The notes below the pieces were generated by a model that ran no database searches, had not been told where the DNA came from, and saw nothing but the letters and a program-made list of their open reading frames with translations. A stretch of 64,000 nt of DNA from Epiperipatus broadwayi (taxonomy: Eukaryota; Animalia; Onychophora), in NCBI GenBank assembly GCA_028023455.1, contig JAQFVV010000008.1, forward strand, positions 19,158,001 to 19,222,000. The letters run 5' to 3'. Position 1 is the first letter of the stretch, and each line of letters begins with the position of its first letter. This document shows, one piece after another, positions 25,297-37,778 of the stretch. The translations under genes were made by a program, and so were the position numbers.

Positions 25297-28030
25297 TTGT
25301 CTTTGTTTCACAACTATATAATAATACATAGCACTTAATTAATATTTTCCTTAAATTTCTCTTCAATGGTTCATACATTTTTTCCCAACAAATATTTTCT
25401 TTGCCAATGCTATTATTTTAATTTCACTTCATCTTTGTTCAATAAATTACTCCAGTACTAAATCCATTTCACCTGTTGAACTATATTATCTTAAATATCA
25501 ATCTGTATTCTTTTTGTATTAATTCATATTTATAAATATTTGATCTTCTCAACATTAATCTTCATTCCATATTCCATATATCCTATTCCAATTTGTTCAA
25601 CATATTCCGAGGATTCTTTTCATTTCCCTCCAATATTAACTCTTCCACAGTCTATGTATTTATCTAACATTCTAACAGGTCTTTTTAATAAACATTAAAA
25701 AGCACATATGATATGCAATGTCTTTGTCTAACTCCTCTTTTTATATTCATTTCTTTATTCTTATTATTCTCTAGTCTAATTCTTATTCCTTGCCCAATAT
25801 ACATAATCTAAATTAATATTCACTCTTTCCAAAATTTTCCTTTATTTTTCAAGATGTTCATAAGTTTATTTCAGATTACTCTTTTCAAATGCTTTTCCAA
25901 ATCCATAAAATATACTAATTCCTTTTTTTTTAAAAAAAAAAATATTTCACTGCACTTGTTCTAACAACTCTAATAGCATCTCTTGTATTTTTTCTGTCTG
26001 GAGATCATACTGTTCCTTTATTTTTCAAGATGTTCATAAGTTTATTTCAGATTACTCTTTTCTAATGCTTTTCCAAATCCATAAAATATACTAATTCCTT
26101 TTTTTTTAAAAAAAAAATATTTCACTGCAATTGTTCTAACAACACTAATAGCATCTCTTGTATTTTTTCTGTCTGGAGATCATACTGTTTTTTTCCAATA
26201 TAATATTCTTCTTTTCCATAAATTTTTTGAGTTAAAGTTTTTCAGTAATATTTTTGAAGCATGAGATAACAAACTTACTGTCATGCACTCCTTACATTTA
26301 GCTGCTTTCTTCTTTTTAGCACTAGAAATTTTTAAGCAAATATTATATATCAAATTGCAAAGTCCTATAATTTTCTTCATAGTAGGTTCTCCCATTTTTT
26401 TTTCAAAAATTATATATGTATTGTATCAAAAGTGACAGCTTTATCATATTTTATTTTTTTATTTGATGTAATTACTTCTTCTTTCAAAATATAATTCTTG
26501 TTCAGGTACTTCAACATTTTCATATTCAAGTTCATAATTGATCGCATCATTTTTTTGTCTAAATAAATATTGAAGATTTTTCTTTCTCATTTTTTCAATA
26601 TATTATATAATCTCTATCACTTAATCTCTTTTATCATCTGTTTTAGTCATTAGCCATTTCTCATTTCCCCCAAGTGATATTTCTAATTCTATCAAATTCT
26701 AGATCATATATTTTAGCCTGATGAAGCACTTCTAACCTGTATATTCTTGTTTCAATCAGTTTTCTTTTGCTAAATCTGTTTCTCTCTTTAGTTCATTATT
26801 AATTTTTCATTTTGTCTGTTGAAGCATTTCTATGTCTATATTCTTGTTTCAGTCATTTTTCTTTTGCTAAATCTTTTTCTCTTCTTAGTTCATTATTAAT
26901 TTCTCTATATGCTTGCCTTTTCTCACTATTGACATTCTTTTATCTTCTCCATCTTTTTCAATATATATTCTGTTATCCAAAGTCATTTAGCTTTCCACAA
27001 TTGAGTAGATCCTAACAGATTTGTTGCTGTTTTTAATTTTTTTTTATTCCTACATCAATGCTTATCACTGTCATTCATATATTCTTCATATTTATTAATC
27101 TTTATTATTATTTCACATATGAAATCAAACCTTCCTTTCTTCATTTCAGTCTCATTTTACATATCTTTTTTCTTTTTTCATCTGTTTCAAATTTATCTTT
27201 AATTTAGTCATAATCATATTATTATCAAAGTTATATCAGCACCAGGTAAAACATGTGAACCCATAATAACATTCTTATATTTGTCCTGTATCAATATATA
27301 TTTTATTTGATATTCTTCTCTATTACTTAGAGCTTTCCATGTAAACAATCTTGTTGGATTATTTTTAAATGAAGTATTTGCAATCACAAAATTATTCTCT
27401 TTACAAATTCCACAAGCTCACTACCTCTTTTATTCATTTTACCAATATCATAATTGCCAACAATCTTTTCTTACTTATGTTTCCCCACAACAACATCCCA
27501 ATCACCCAACAACAATATACATGCATTTTTATCTTCTCATATTATTTTCTTAATTTTTTCATATTGTTAATCAATTTTTTACATCATTATGACTGGTAAC
27601 TGATATATAAGCTTGTACAAATATTAAATTCCTAAGACTTGCAATTTTCCTCATTATTATAAGCCTATCACTACCACAATTTATTTTTGCAATACTATTC
27701 CAAATTTTTTTTCCAGTAGCAGTGCTGACTTCATTTACCACTCTATTAGCACTAGAACAAAACAATATTATCCTTAGTTATTTTTTTATATCTCTCCCAC
27801 ATCACTTCAATTAATCTCATAACATCAATATTTTTTCTTTCATTTTTCAATTTTTCCAATTTTTCAGTATTCTTCAATGTCCTTATATTTCAAGTACCAA
27901 CTTCAATATTTTTTCAATTTTTCAGTATTCTTTAATGTCCTTATATTCCAAGTACCAACTTCAATATCTCTTCTTTCAATGCATTACCTATATGAGCATT
28001 TTGCAGGTTTACAACCTAAGTAACTCCATG
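24415..28030 (-). mobile_element. Near full-length decayed RTE-clade LINE (APE endonuclease + RT)
   Basis: Minus strand: IEVGTWNIRTL, IDVMRLIEVMW, NE*RGSELVEF (endonuclease); CKECMTVSLLSHASKILLK, FMDLEK (RT); YVLLYSCET, FEMWIW...ISW, CIGYILRR (C-terminus). Many stops and frameshifts. Confidence 0.9.
25839..26189. repeat. Near-identical 176-bp tandem duplication inside the RTE RT region
   Basis: 25839-26014 is repeated at 26015-26189 with only a few differences. Confidence 0.95.
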
Positions 28031-29267
28031 TCTACTCCTGTCAGGCATGGGAACAAAGCCTTCCTTAACTAAGGTCTCAATATTAATCTGAATCAATCTT
28101 GCATTGGTCCTCATAAAAAAAACAACAAAAAAAAACATGAGAATTATTAGGCTAAGTGGTTTTCCATTATCTACTTTGCCCAGCAATAATCTTGATTACA
28201 AGCTTAATGTTCTAGCCATTTCTCATATAAATAATTATCTATCTATAACTTTCATTTCTCATCATTGTCACCTATAGCGATCTTCTGCCAAGTTAGAAGA
28301 ATTCTAATTCAGCACATAGCAGGGTGTCGATTTATTTAATGGCTGTCAACAGTCACCATTAAACACTCATCATAAGAATTGTGGCTTTTTTTTTTTTTTT
28401 AGAAATAGACATGCTTCATGATAGTGAATGCTGTCCCATTATCAGTGACAGCATATTTGCATTTTTTTTGCTTATTCACAACTAATGAAAATATTTTATA
28501 AATATTATAAGCTCATCTGTAATTACAGGACATTCATCTATGCATATCCGAGTAGATCTGATATGGTTAAATAACTTATTTATATGCATGTTAAGTCAAG
28601 CCAGTATACAATTTTGGCTTGCATTTTTTTTTTAGATTGATAAACTAATTTCTTCGCACATACTATTTTTTAATTTTTATAATTATTCATTGGATAGGAA
28701 TATACACATCACCTGATGTTCCATTACAATATATATATATATATGAGCTTATTTTAAAAATAATTATTGTGAAAAGTTTTGAATTATAATATCTGAATTG
28801 TATTTAAAATTGATAGTTAAATTGTATTATATATATAATCGTTTTTCCATATTTGTTTTATATTTTTCTGGTTCTTTAATTAAAAATAGTGGCGATTTTA
28901 TTATTTAAACAATATTAACTAATGCAGTTTTTACAATTTGTGTATTTTTTTAAGTTTAATTATACCTCATTTTTAAAACTGGCGTTTTGCTGGTGAAAGA
29001 ATTTCAATAATAAAATTTTTATTTTCAGTAAAATATAAAGATCCATTTAAAAAAAAAAGAAAACAAATGTTCAATATATTTATGCATATTAAATTTTCAC
29101 CAGGAAGGCCATTGGCAATCACTTATTGTGACTGCTCTGTATTCAGGGAAGCCCTAGCTCATCTGAAAAGCAATAAATGAATAAAATACAAACAGATTGA
29201 GGTGATATGTATTTTTCTTTAAAAAACCCAATTGTTAATGGCGATAGGAAATAGTTATTTTATAACA

Positions 29268-29523
29268 TAGTTAAATATTCAAATTATAATAACGTCAATT
29301 ATAGTACATAATCTATAAGTTTCATTATATAATCATTTCAGTTATTATGAGACCTCACATTACCCATTGCAGTTCTTTTCTTTTGCCAAAGACTTTTTCA
29401 AATTTCTGTCAATTTTTGGTCTTTCAGGATGGTAACGGGACATCCTTCTCAGGAATGTCCTGAGGTGGAGTTTTTTATTTTGGCATTCTAGTGGATTCTA
29501 GAATAATTTTACCACACAGAACA
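29268..29523 (-). repeat. 3' LTR of Gypsy element 2
   Basis: Direct repeat of 34985-35281; abuts the PPT at 29524. Confidence 0.9.
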
Positions 29524-32342
29524 CCTCCCCTATTCTAGAATGTAGTCATTAAATCTCATTGGTGGTTTATGTTTTCTAGGAGTCCAGATATTGTGAAGTG
29601 CTTCAGTATTACAATTTGGCTTAGTTTGCCTAGGGCCAGGGGAGTCCAAACTTTCTTCATTCAAACTTTGTTCCATAAGATAGTCTTCTGTCAATATTAT
29701 TTGGGGTAAAGATTCCCACTCTTCTTTAAGTAAAAACTCCAATTGGTTATTAGTTTCCATTGAAGTTTCTCTCTCTTCAAATGGTACAGTAATAAACCTT
29801 CTTCATAAATGATTTATGTGCCTTTTAATTGATGGGCCATTTAAAACCTTATTGTACATATAACCTTTGATGCTATACCGATAACAACACCTGGTATCCA
29901 TTTTTCTTAAGCATGTCTTGTAACCAGACTGTTTTCACCAATATTAAATTTTGGGGGATTTTTTTTGGTTGTTTAGATTTTCAGAATTCGGTTTCATTAC
30001 TACTGTTTGAGACATGATTTTAGCAAGATGAGTATGACAAGTTCTATTAAACAATAGATCAGCAGGTGATTTTCCATTTTTGTATTAGGTAAAAAATAAT
30101 GGAAAAACATGATTTCTATCAAAGCATCATCCATTTTTGTAAAACTGGTTTTCTTTAAAGTTGTCTTGAGAGTTTGTACTGTTTTTTTTGCCCAACCATT
30201 TGGAGCAGAGTGATAAGCAGGTGTTCATATGTGTTGTATCCCCTTATCAGATAAAAATGATTCAAATTCTTTTGAAGTAAAACTGGTTCCATTATCTGAA
30301 ACTATAACATTCAGGTATCAGTGAATGGAGAAAATCTCTCTTAATGTTTTAATGATGCATTTAGCATTAACTGAAGGTACAGTATGATATTATATCCAAT
30401 TATTAAAAGCATCTACAGCCACAAATATCATAAATCTATTTATAGGACCAGTATGATCATTATGAACATGTTTCCATGGTTTATTTGACTCACTCTAGGA
30501 ATGAAGTGCTTTATTAGGTAGATTTGCCACTGTTTGACAATATAAACATGTTTTTACAATCTGTTCAATATGTTGATTGATTTGGGACCATCATACAAAA
30601 GAGTGTGCCAGGGCTTTTATCTTTATTATTCCAGGGTGTCCTGTATGTAAGAGTTTAAGTATTTGCAAATGTCCCTCTTCTGGTATAAAAACATGATCAT
30701 TTCGAACAATACAGTTATTACAGACTGATAGGTAATGCCAAGCATTCCACATAGTTGGATGTAAAAAAATTGGCTGGTGATTAGGCTATCCAAGTCTAAT
30801 CGAGGTCTTTAGTTGATTACATCTAGGGTCCCTTTGAGTCCACTTTTCCACTGTAGCACTATTTAATGGGTCTCCTATTTTTACAACTTTGAATAAATTT
30901 ACTTCAATAAATCTTTGTGGCATATCCATCCTTAAAGGTAAGTATGAAAATGCATCAGCATGTATTTTTTTCCTGATTTATATAGCAAATTGTAATCATA
31001 AGCAGCTAACATGTTAAACCAGCATATTGTTCTTTGACTGGAAAAACCAGGTTTTTTTTAAATTTTTTGAAGAAATACCCAATAATGGTCGGTATGTACT
31101 GGTGAATTTTTTTTACAGTGAGAGCCTCCTTATCCAGCTGGCTATAATTGATTTCTGCAGGTGATAGAGTATTCACAGCCATTCTCTAAGTTGGAAATGA
31201 CAGCACCAATACCACATTCTGAAGCATCTGCAGTTACAATAACTTCTAAATCACTTTGATAATAACTTAACAGAGTTTCAGAGGATAACAAATCTTTTGC
31301 CTTTTCAAATGCAATCTGTTATTCTTGTCTCCATTTCCAATGCTATTTCTTATATAATAGATCATAGAGTGAAGTTAAAACATGTGCCTTGCCTTTTAAG
31401 AAAAACTCAAAAAAAATTGAGCAGACCCAAAAAAGCCTGTTGGTCCTTAACATTTTTTGGGACTGGGGCATTCCTAACCATAGCCACTTTATCTGGGTTT
31501 GAGTGTTTTCCAAATACATTTATTGGCATTAACTCTCATGCCAACCTGATTCACTTTTGAGCACACCATTGAAACATGTTCTTCTAATTCAGTTTCAGGC
31601 CCAGCATAGATTATTATGTCATCTGAGTATGGAATCACACCATCTAGACCATGCAAAGATTAGACTATCTTAGACTGAAACAGGTTTGGAGCAGTTGTAA
31701 CTCCATAAGGTAATTTATTACATCTAAACAGTCCAATATGTATACATAATGTCGATACTCTAGTTGTTCTATCTGTAACTGGAATCTGGTGGAAAGCAGA
31801 CTGCAAATCAATTTTTGTGAAAACTTTAGCTTTTTTGTAATGAAGCCAAAATTTCAGTAACACTGGGAACTGGATAAGCACATTTTCTCAAGTAATGATT
31901 CACTGGACTATATAATCACTACACAAATGCAAACTATCATCTGGTTTGAGTATAACTACGACTGGAGTTGCCCATGTTGAGTCTTCAATCAGTGATAGGA
32001 TACCTTCTTTTACCAGTTTATTAATAGCTTTCTCAACTTTAGGTCTTAATGCAAACAGAGTATTACAATGTTTGCACCTCATTGGTTGAGCATCATCAGA
32101 CAATTCAACATCCACTGGACTCATTTTTAGTGTTGTTAAATGTTTTGAGAACAGTTGTGGAAATTTTTTCATATAACAGTTTCTAATTTAACTGTCTAAA
32201 TAACTTGTATGGAAATGCTTATCAGACAAAACCAGTTTTGGCTAAGCAATGGTTTGATATTCCTTTTTACTATGTACAGTGGTAATATCTTATGCTTATT
32301 ATTTAATTTAACTGGGACTTTTACTTTTCCACAGATTTGTAC

Positions 32343-34641
32343 TGTAACAGGATATATATATATATATATATATATATGCGTTACATTTAAATTCTAATAC
32401 TTAATGTTTTTGTAAATATATAATACTGAATTAAAAGCACAAACATTCAAAATGCACAAATAACGAATTATTAATTTATTAATATGTTTGATTTAAATAT
32501 TAAAATAAAATAAGCTTTAAAATAATGATAGAATCGAAGCAAAGATTCTAATCTTTAAATAAAATATAATAAAAAACCTTTTAATTTTAAAAATAATGAA
32601 GAGAGTTTTTAATCTTAAAAATAAAAATTACAAACAGATCCTTAGGGCAAAATGACCATTGAAAAGATGATTACAAAATAGAAACAAAAGACTTGCTGTT
32701 TCCACCCAAAGATATAGACACAGGCCTCAGTGGAAAAATCCACGTAGCCAGAAAACCCAAATTTACTTAGCCACAAACCCAAAATCTACTTGGCCACAAA
32801 CTCAAGGAACCAATGAAATAGAGATATGGAATATGTTTGATGGATCCGTTCATTCCAGAGATGAGGTGCCTGAGGACTATAAAAAGAAAAATCCAAAAGC
32901 AATAATTAGTTAGAGAATTAGAAAATTAAAAATTTAAATTCATTCGTCATTGCTGAAAGTAGAAATTAAAAAAAATCTATTATCACCATCACCCAAGATG
33001 TAATCAGCTTCATCGTGCTTCCTTTGGTACGGCCGGCCGAAGGCAGCCTTCATCTCCACGGATCCCAGGATCGAACCACTGGAACTGTCTTCATAAAACG
33101 TCTTCAGAAATCTTCATAAAATCATCATCATCCTCAAGAAATGGCTCTTGCATAACTCAGATCTTCATTGCAAAGGAACGAGCACAGAGAAAGGAAAGTA
33201 TAAATTATAAATATAAAATATAAACTCTTCAATCTAAAATCTCCGAACTTTAATTTTATTTAAATATGAACTATAAACTTTCTATCCAAATCAAACCAGA
33301 ACTTTATTTTTATAAACTTTGAAATTTTAAAAGTTTTATCTAAAGTTTGAAACATAATTTCTTAAAATATGTATTGTTTTTCTTTTATTTATTCATGCTT
33401 AATATCTGTTTGTAATAGGGTAGGGGTTTGCGATTGCAAACTTAAATTTAAAGATGAAAATACTTATCATTATTTGTGCATTATTAAATTTAAAAAAAAA
33501 AGTAGATTAAATAATATTTGTAGTAAAAAAATAAGTTAAATATAATGTGTCATTTTGAAATGATTTTAAAACCTTAAACTAAATATTTTTTTTTTAGAAT
33601 TAAATTAATAAAATGATTTAAATGTTAGTTGAGTGTAGATGGCTGCTAGACTCGTTTAAATATATATTAGTTTGAAAGGGGTTTTGATTTTGGACTATTT
33701 GTTTTGTAGTTGTGTCAATGCTGGTGGAGAGATATATGGATGTTTATATCAATGTAATGTGAAGTGTGTTAGCACCTAGGGTGACGAGTCCAATTGAATG
33801 CATGACCCCAAAGAGGTAGTCATATCGTTGAAATGGATGCAGGCATATTTCCTGGGCCATTGACCAATTCCAGCTCTATGGATTGGGAGGATAAGCATGG
33901 CAAGACCACTCTCCCATCCACATGAAGCATTATTCTTTTATTATATTACATGCATGATTTCTTAGCCAGACAGTTGTAAATTCCTGTACTGATGAAGGTC
34001 ATGTTTCTTCAAATACTAGCACGCTGTTCAGATGCACATTCCTGTCAGTGTGATTCAATGCTAACATGTTCACATTGCATTGGTTGCTGATATATATCTG
34101 GAAGCGAGCATTGGTGTGGCTGCGGACCTTTAGCCTGGAATCAAATGTTTGAAAGTCTTTTAAGTGCATCATCTGTGGTAGCTCATCTATACTCAACATT
34201 TCTAAGATTAAAAATAAAAGTCAAAACAGATAAAAATAACAGTAAATAATAATGAAACAAGCAAATTTTTTTTATATAATTATTTTTCAAGTTTTTGTGT
34301 GTTGTCACTTATATATACGCATGAATAAAATAAACAAATTTTTTTATATAATTATTTTTCAAGTTTTGTGTGTCATCACTTATATATATGCGTGAATAAA
34401 ATCTTTTGTGTTATTAATACTGACAGTGATTGCTTTTATTATTCTTTATTAAAAGAAATATATTTAATAAATGTTTTAAGCCTCTGCTACTTCATGAGCT
34501 AGTGACTAGGGTTGGTGGTCATGATCTTAACAGTGCATATCTGTCTACTTTATAAATTTTCTAGGTTCAAATGATCTAGTGGCACCCTGTCGGCAGATAT
34601 GGTAAGACTGGGCACTTTCACTTCATTTCCTGACCATTATA
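32343..34641 (-). mobile_element. Solo-LTR-like insertion in the Gypsy-2 protease, itself split by a ~2-kb insert
   Basis: Flanked by the 4-bp TSD GTAC (32339-32342 and 34642-34645). Termini TGTAAC / ATTATA look like decayed TG...CA. Excision restores the frame NVNGNNV-QICGKVKVPV. Confidence 0.75.
32382..34380 (+). mobile_element. Inner ~2-kb insert; 3' part resembles an L1/Tx1-type ORF2 C-terminus
   Basis: Bracketed by duplicated tatatatgcgt (32371-32381 and 34383-34393). The + frame at ~33850-34190 reads LWIGRISMARPL...DSCKFLY...SCFFK, like a decayed zf-RVT. A ~72-bp tandem duplication lies at 34261-34400. Confidence 0.5.
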
Positions 34642-34984
34642 GTACGTTATTGCCATTCACATTGGTTGCGATTATGTTAGTCTTGTTTATATTGAATTTG
34701 TTCTTAACTGTGGAATTTAATTTATTCCAGTCACTGAAGGATACTAGGGATAATCCAGCTCCACTATCTATCTCCATTGTGATTTCAGTTTTGGCAACAA
34801 TTAATTTCACCATAATTTGTTTGCTCAAAAAGTCCTTATATATTTTAATTTTGTTTCTTTACTGTAGGTATGATAAATTTCCGATTCGACTGACCTAATT
34901 TTTCTTTTCTGCAAATCCGTAAGAAATGGCCTTTAATTCCATAATGTGACATTTTTCTGTTTTAAATTTGCATATATTTTAATC

Positions 34985-35281
34985 TGGTTAAATATTCAAA
35001 TTATAATAATGTCAATATAATATTTAAATCTTATATGGTTTTATGTACATAATCTATAAGTTTCATTATATACTTATTTCAGTTATTATGAGACCTCACA
35101 TTATCTATTGCAATTCTTATCTTCTTCTGCCAAAGACTTCTTCAAATTCTGTCAGTTTTCAGTCTTTCAGGACCAACAGTAGTGGGATATCCTTTTTGCC
35201 TATACTTCAGGAATGTCCAGAGACAGAGTTTTTTCTTTTAGTCCTCTAGTGTCTTCTAGAATAATCTTATCACACAGAACA
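34985..35281 (-). repeat. 5' LTR of Gypsy element 2
   Basis: Direct repeat of 29268-29523. Confidence 0.9.
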
Positions 35282-36929
35282 GTGACCAAATGATCTTTTA
35301 AACTATTGCTGATACTTTGCCATTGCTTGGAATTCTCTACTCTTTTAACAAAATTTATTTGAGCAACTCAATTTTAATATACAGTATATGTTTTTTCTTC
35401 CTGCAGGCTAAGTAATTTTGTTGTAAATAAATTCCCTTTAATATTTTCTGATTTTTTTTTCTTTTTTAGAAGTAACATTCTAGCAGTAAATTACTGATAC
35501 TCATAAATAAAATACCATTAAATTTTTATGTGGTAAGTTTTCTACCTACAGGCAAGTTGAGACAACTAAACAATACGATAGTATAATACCTGATCATTGC
35601 CACTAGTAATTTAAACATCTCATAGTGTAAATTTTAATGAACTATGGCGTTATAAAATAGTGAATACGTTTATATCATTATTTTAGCTTTCTGAAAAATT
35701 GACATGAAATGATAAATTAATATTCACAATAATAAATGTTATTATTGGTTTCATTATCATAATGTTTAGTAATCTCAAACTGTCTTTGGGCAAAAACTTA
35801 ACATATATAAAACTCTGTTGTATTTTATTTACTAATATTAGTAATATTGCTGTCAGAATGTTATTTCTAAAAGATGCTGGTTTTTATCTTTTCAAGTAAA
35901 TCATCTAGTCTAATATGCTTTATGCACTTTGATTCCTTCCAATATAATTTTTTTAATATCAAATGAGATTTTTTTAATTCTTAGATGTATATTTATTTTT
36001 ATTATTGTGTATCAAATTTTAGAAATAAAACTTATATATGTATATGTGTGTGAGAGAAAGAATATGTTGGTTATTAAAGAATAATAAAATTAAAATACTT
36101 CCAACGATTTATAAATGCTTTCCAAAAGGAACAGTTACAAATGATAATTTATTTATCATTTGATAAAACTAAATAGATAATTGTGTTTGGCAGCACTGCT
36201 AGTATTTAAGCACCAAATATTGATACTTTACTACAGTAGAATGTTAGTCAGTCACTAAGTTTGAGCATTACGAATATAACCTAGATTGAAAGCATTGCTA
36301 AACTATTTATTATTTAAAGTTTAAATAAATTAATCTTTTCTTTGTAAGCGAATAAATGCTTATTATAGAATTATATAGTAAAAGAAAAATAGTAAAAATT
36401 GATATAGGATTATAGTGCTAATAATAATTATGATGAAAATATTATTGTATTTATTTTTGCATGTTTGTTATGACTGGTATAGATGTGACCACATTTGCAA
36501 ATTTTTGGTTGGTTAATGATATTGCACTAGTATTTTGAATATTAGTTTTAATATTTCAGCTTTTCACAAGAAACAAATGTAAATAAAAAAACACAAAGAT
36601 ATTTGAATAATAATGTGCCTTAATGAAAGAAAATAAAGTGATCAGTGGTAATTTAAATGATTTTTTACTAATTTTTTTTTAGCTTGAGCAATAGCTTTGG
36701 TTGATAACTGTGCAGTTATTGATGATTTTATCTAAAAAAATAATTATGAAAAAAAATGTTAAAAAATGTACATAATGTAAGTAGTATTATTACGTTGCCT
36801 CACTCAAAAATTGCATTCTTTTGCTTCTAATTATAATTTAATAACTTGTGTTTCTTTTACTTACTAATTAAAATAGTGATAAATCATGGCTCATTGTTCA
36901 TGAGAATGAAGTAAATATAATAATTAAAC

Positions 36930-37778
36930 TATGAGGGGGGCATCCAAAATAATCTGGTTTGTTTACCTGTTATAGTATGTGTTTCACCTGTTATATACTT
37001 CTTGCAAGGATCTTTCTGCATCAATCTGCTAAATGACATCACCACGTGAAATCATGGATACATGTAACACATAATGACTTCAAAGTTTGACAATGTAAAA
37101 TTCTGTTTTTGTTTATGGAAAACAACAAGGAAAAAAGTTGTAATGCTTGAAACAGATTATAAGACAGCTGATCTCATAAAATCACAAAATTACGAATGGT
37201 TTAATTGAAATGCACTTTAAAAAGCATCACAAGTGAAGTCCAAAGTCAACCCAATGCTGATTTTTTTTATGCAAATGGCATTTCTCTCTCAAATTTAATT
37301 CACAACAGGCAGGCATTTTATCTATAAGTTCTGAAACATTTACATGATATGATAAAATGTAAATATCCTGTTTTGTGACAAAGAAAAGAAAGTAAGCTTT
37401 ACCCCCCCCCCCCATAAAGGGTGATCTCTCAAAGCCTTGAGCATGAAATACTTTTTAATTAAATTCAGCATGATCTAGCTTATCTTTCAGCCATATTTGC
37501 TTGATCTCAGTTCTTGTGATTTTTTAAAAATCTCTTGAATGAAAAAAATGTCTCAACTTTTTTTTGTTGTTGTTGCAGATTTAGAAGTGGTTAGAAAAAT
37601 GACAGAGACATTAAAAGGCACCACTTTTCTGGATTATTCTGAAAAATGAAAAACACATTTAGACTGGTATATTGCATCAAATGGACAGTTATTTGAAAGT
37701 GATTATAAATTTACAACACTTAAAAATAAATATACAATTTTCATTATGAAATTTCAGTTATTTTTGGGTACCCCTATA
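36930..37778 (+). mobile_element. Internally deleted mariner (Tc1/mariner) element
   Basis: TA-flanked TIRs: TA|TGAGGGGGGCATCCAAAATAA on the left and TA|TAGGGGTACCCAAAAATAA (reverse complement) on the right. Transposase relics KFCFCLWKTT...VMLETDYK...YEWF, KSKVNPMLIFF, decayed YSPDL...CDF and HLDWYIASNGQ. Confidence 0.85.

Larger units (their letters stand above)
29268..35281 (-). mobile_element. Ty3/Gypsy LTR retrotransposon (K02A2.6/Mag-like), pol nearly complete but decayed, gag largely deleted, interrupted by a 2.3-kb nest
   Basis: LTRs at 34985-35281 and 29268-29523; both start TGTTCTGTG on the minus strand, with PPT GAATAGGGGAGG. Protease MEIDSGAGLSLVS. RT FPQLFS...WATPVVVILKPD, FTKIDLQSAFHQI, LPYGVTTAPNLFQ, YSDD. 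RNase H ADASECGIGAVI, TDHRPL. Integrase GHPGII, CLYCQ, VSDNGTSFTS, PAYHSAPNG. Confidence 0.92.

Noticed and set aside
28410-28560. Integrase-like VTDNGTAFT on the minus strand
   Set aside because: One motif only, with no flanking support.
29101-29162. Minus-strand segment with good acceptor and donor
   Set aside because: Stop codons in all three frames; at most a UTR exon.
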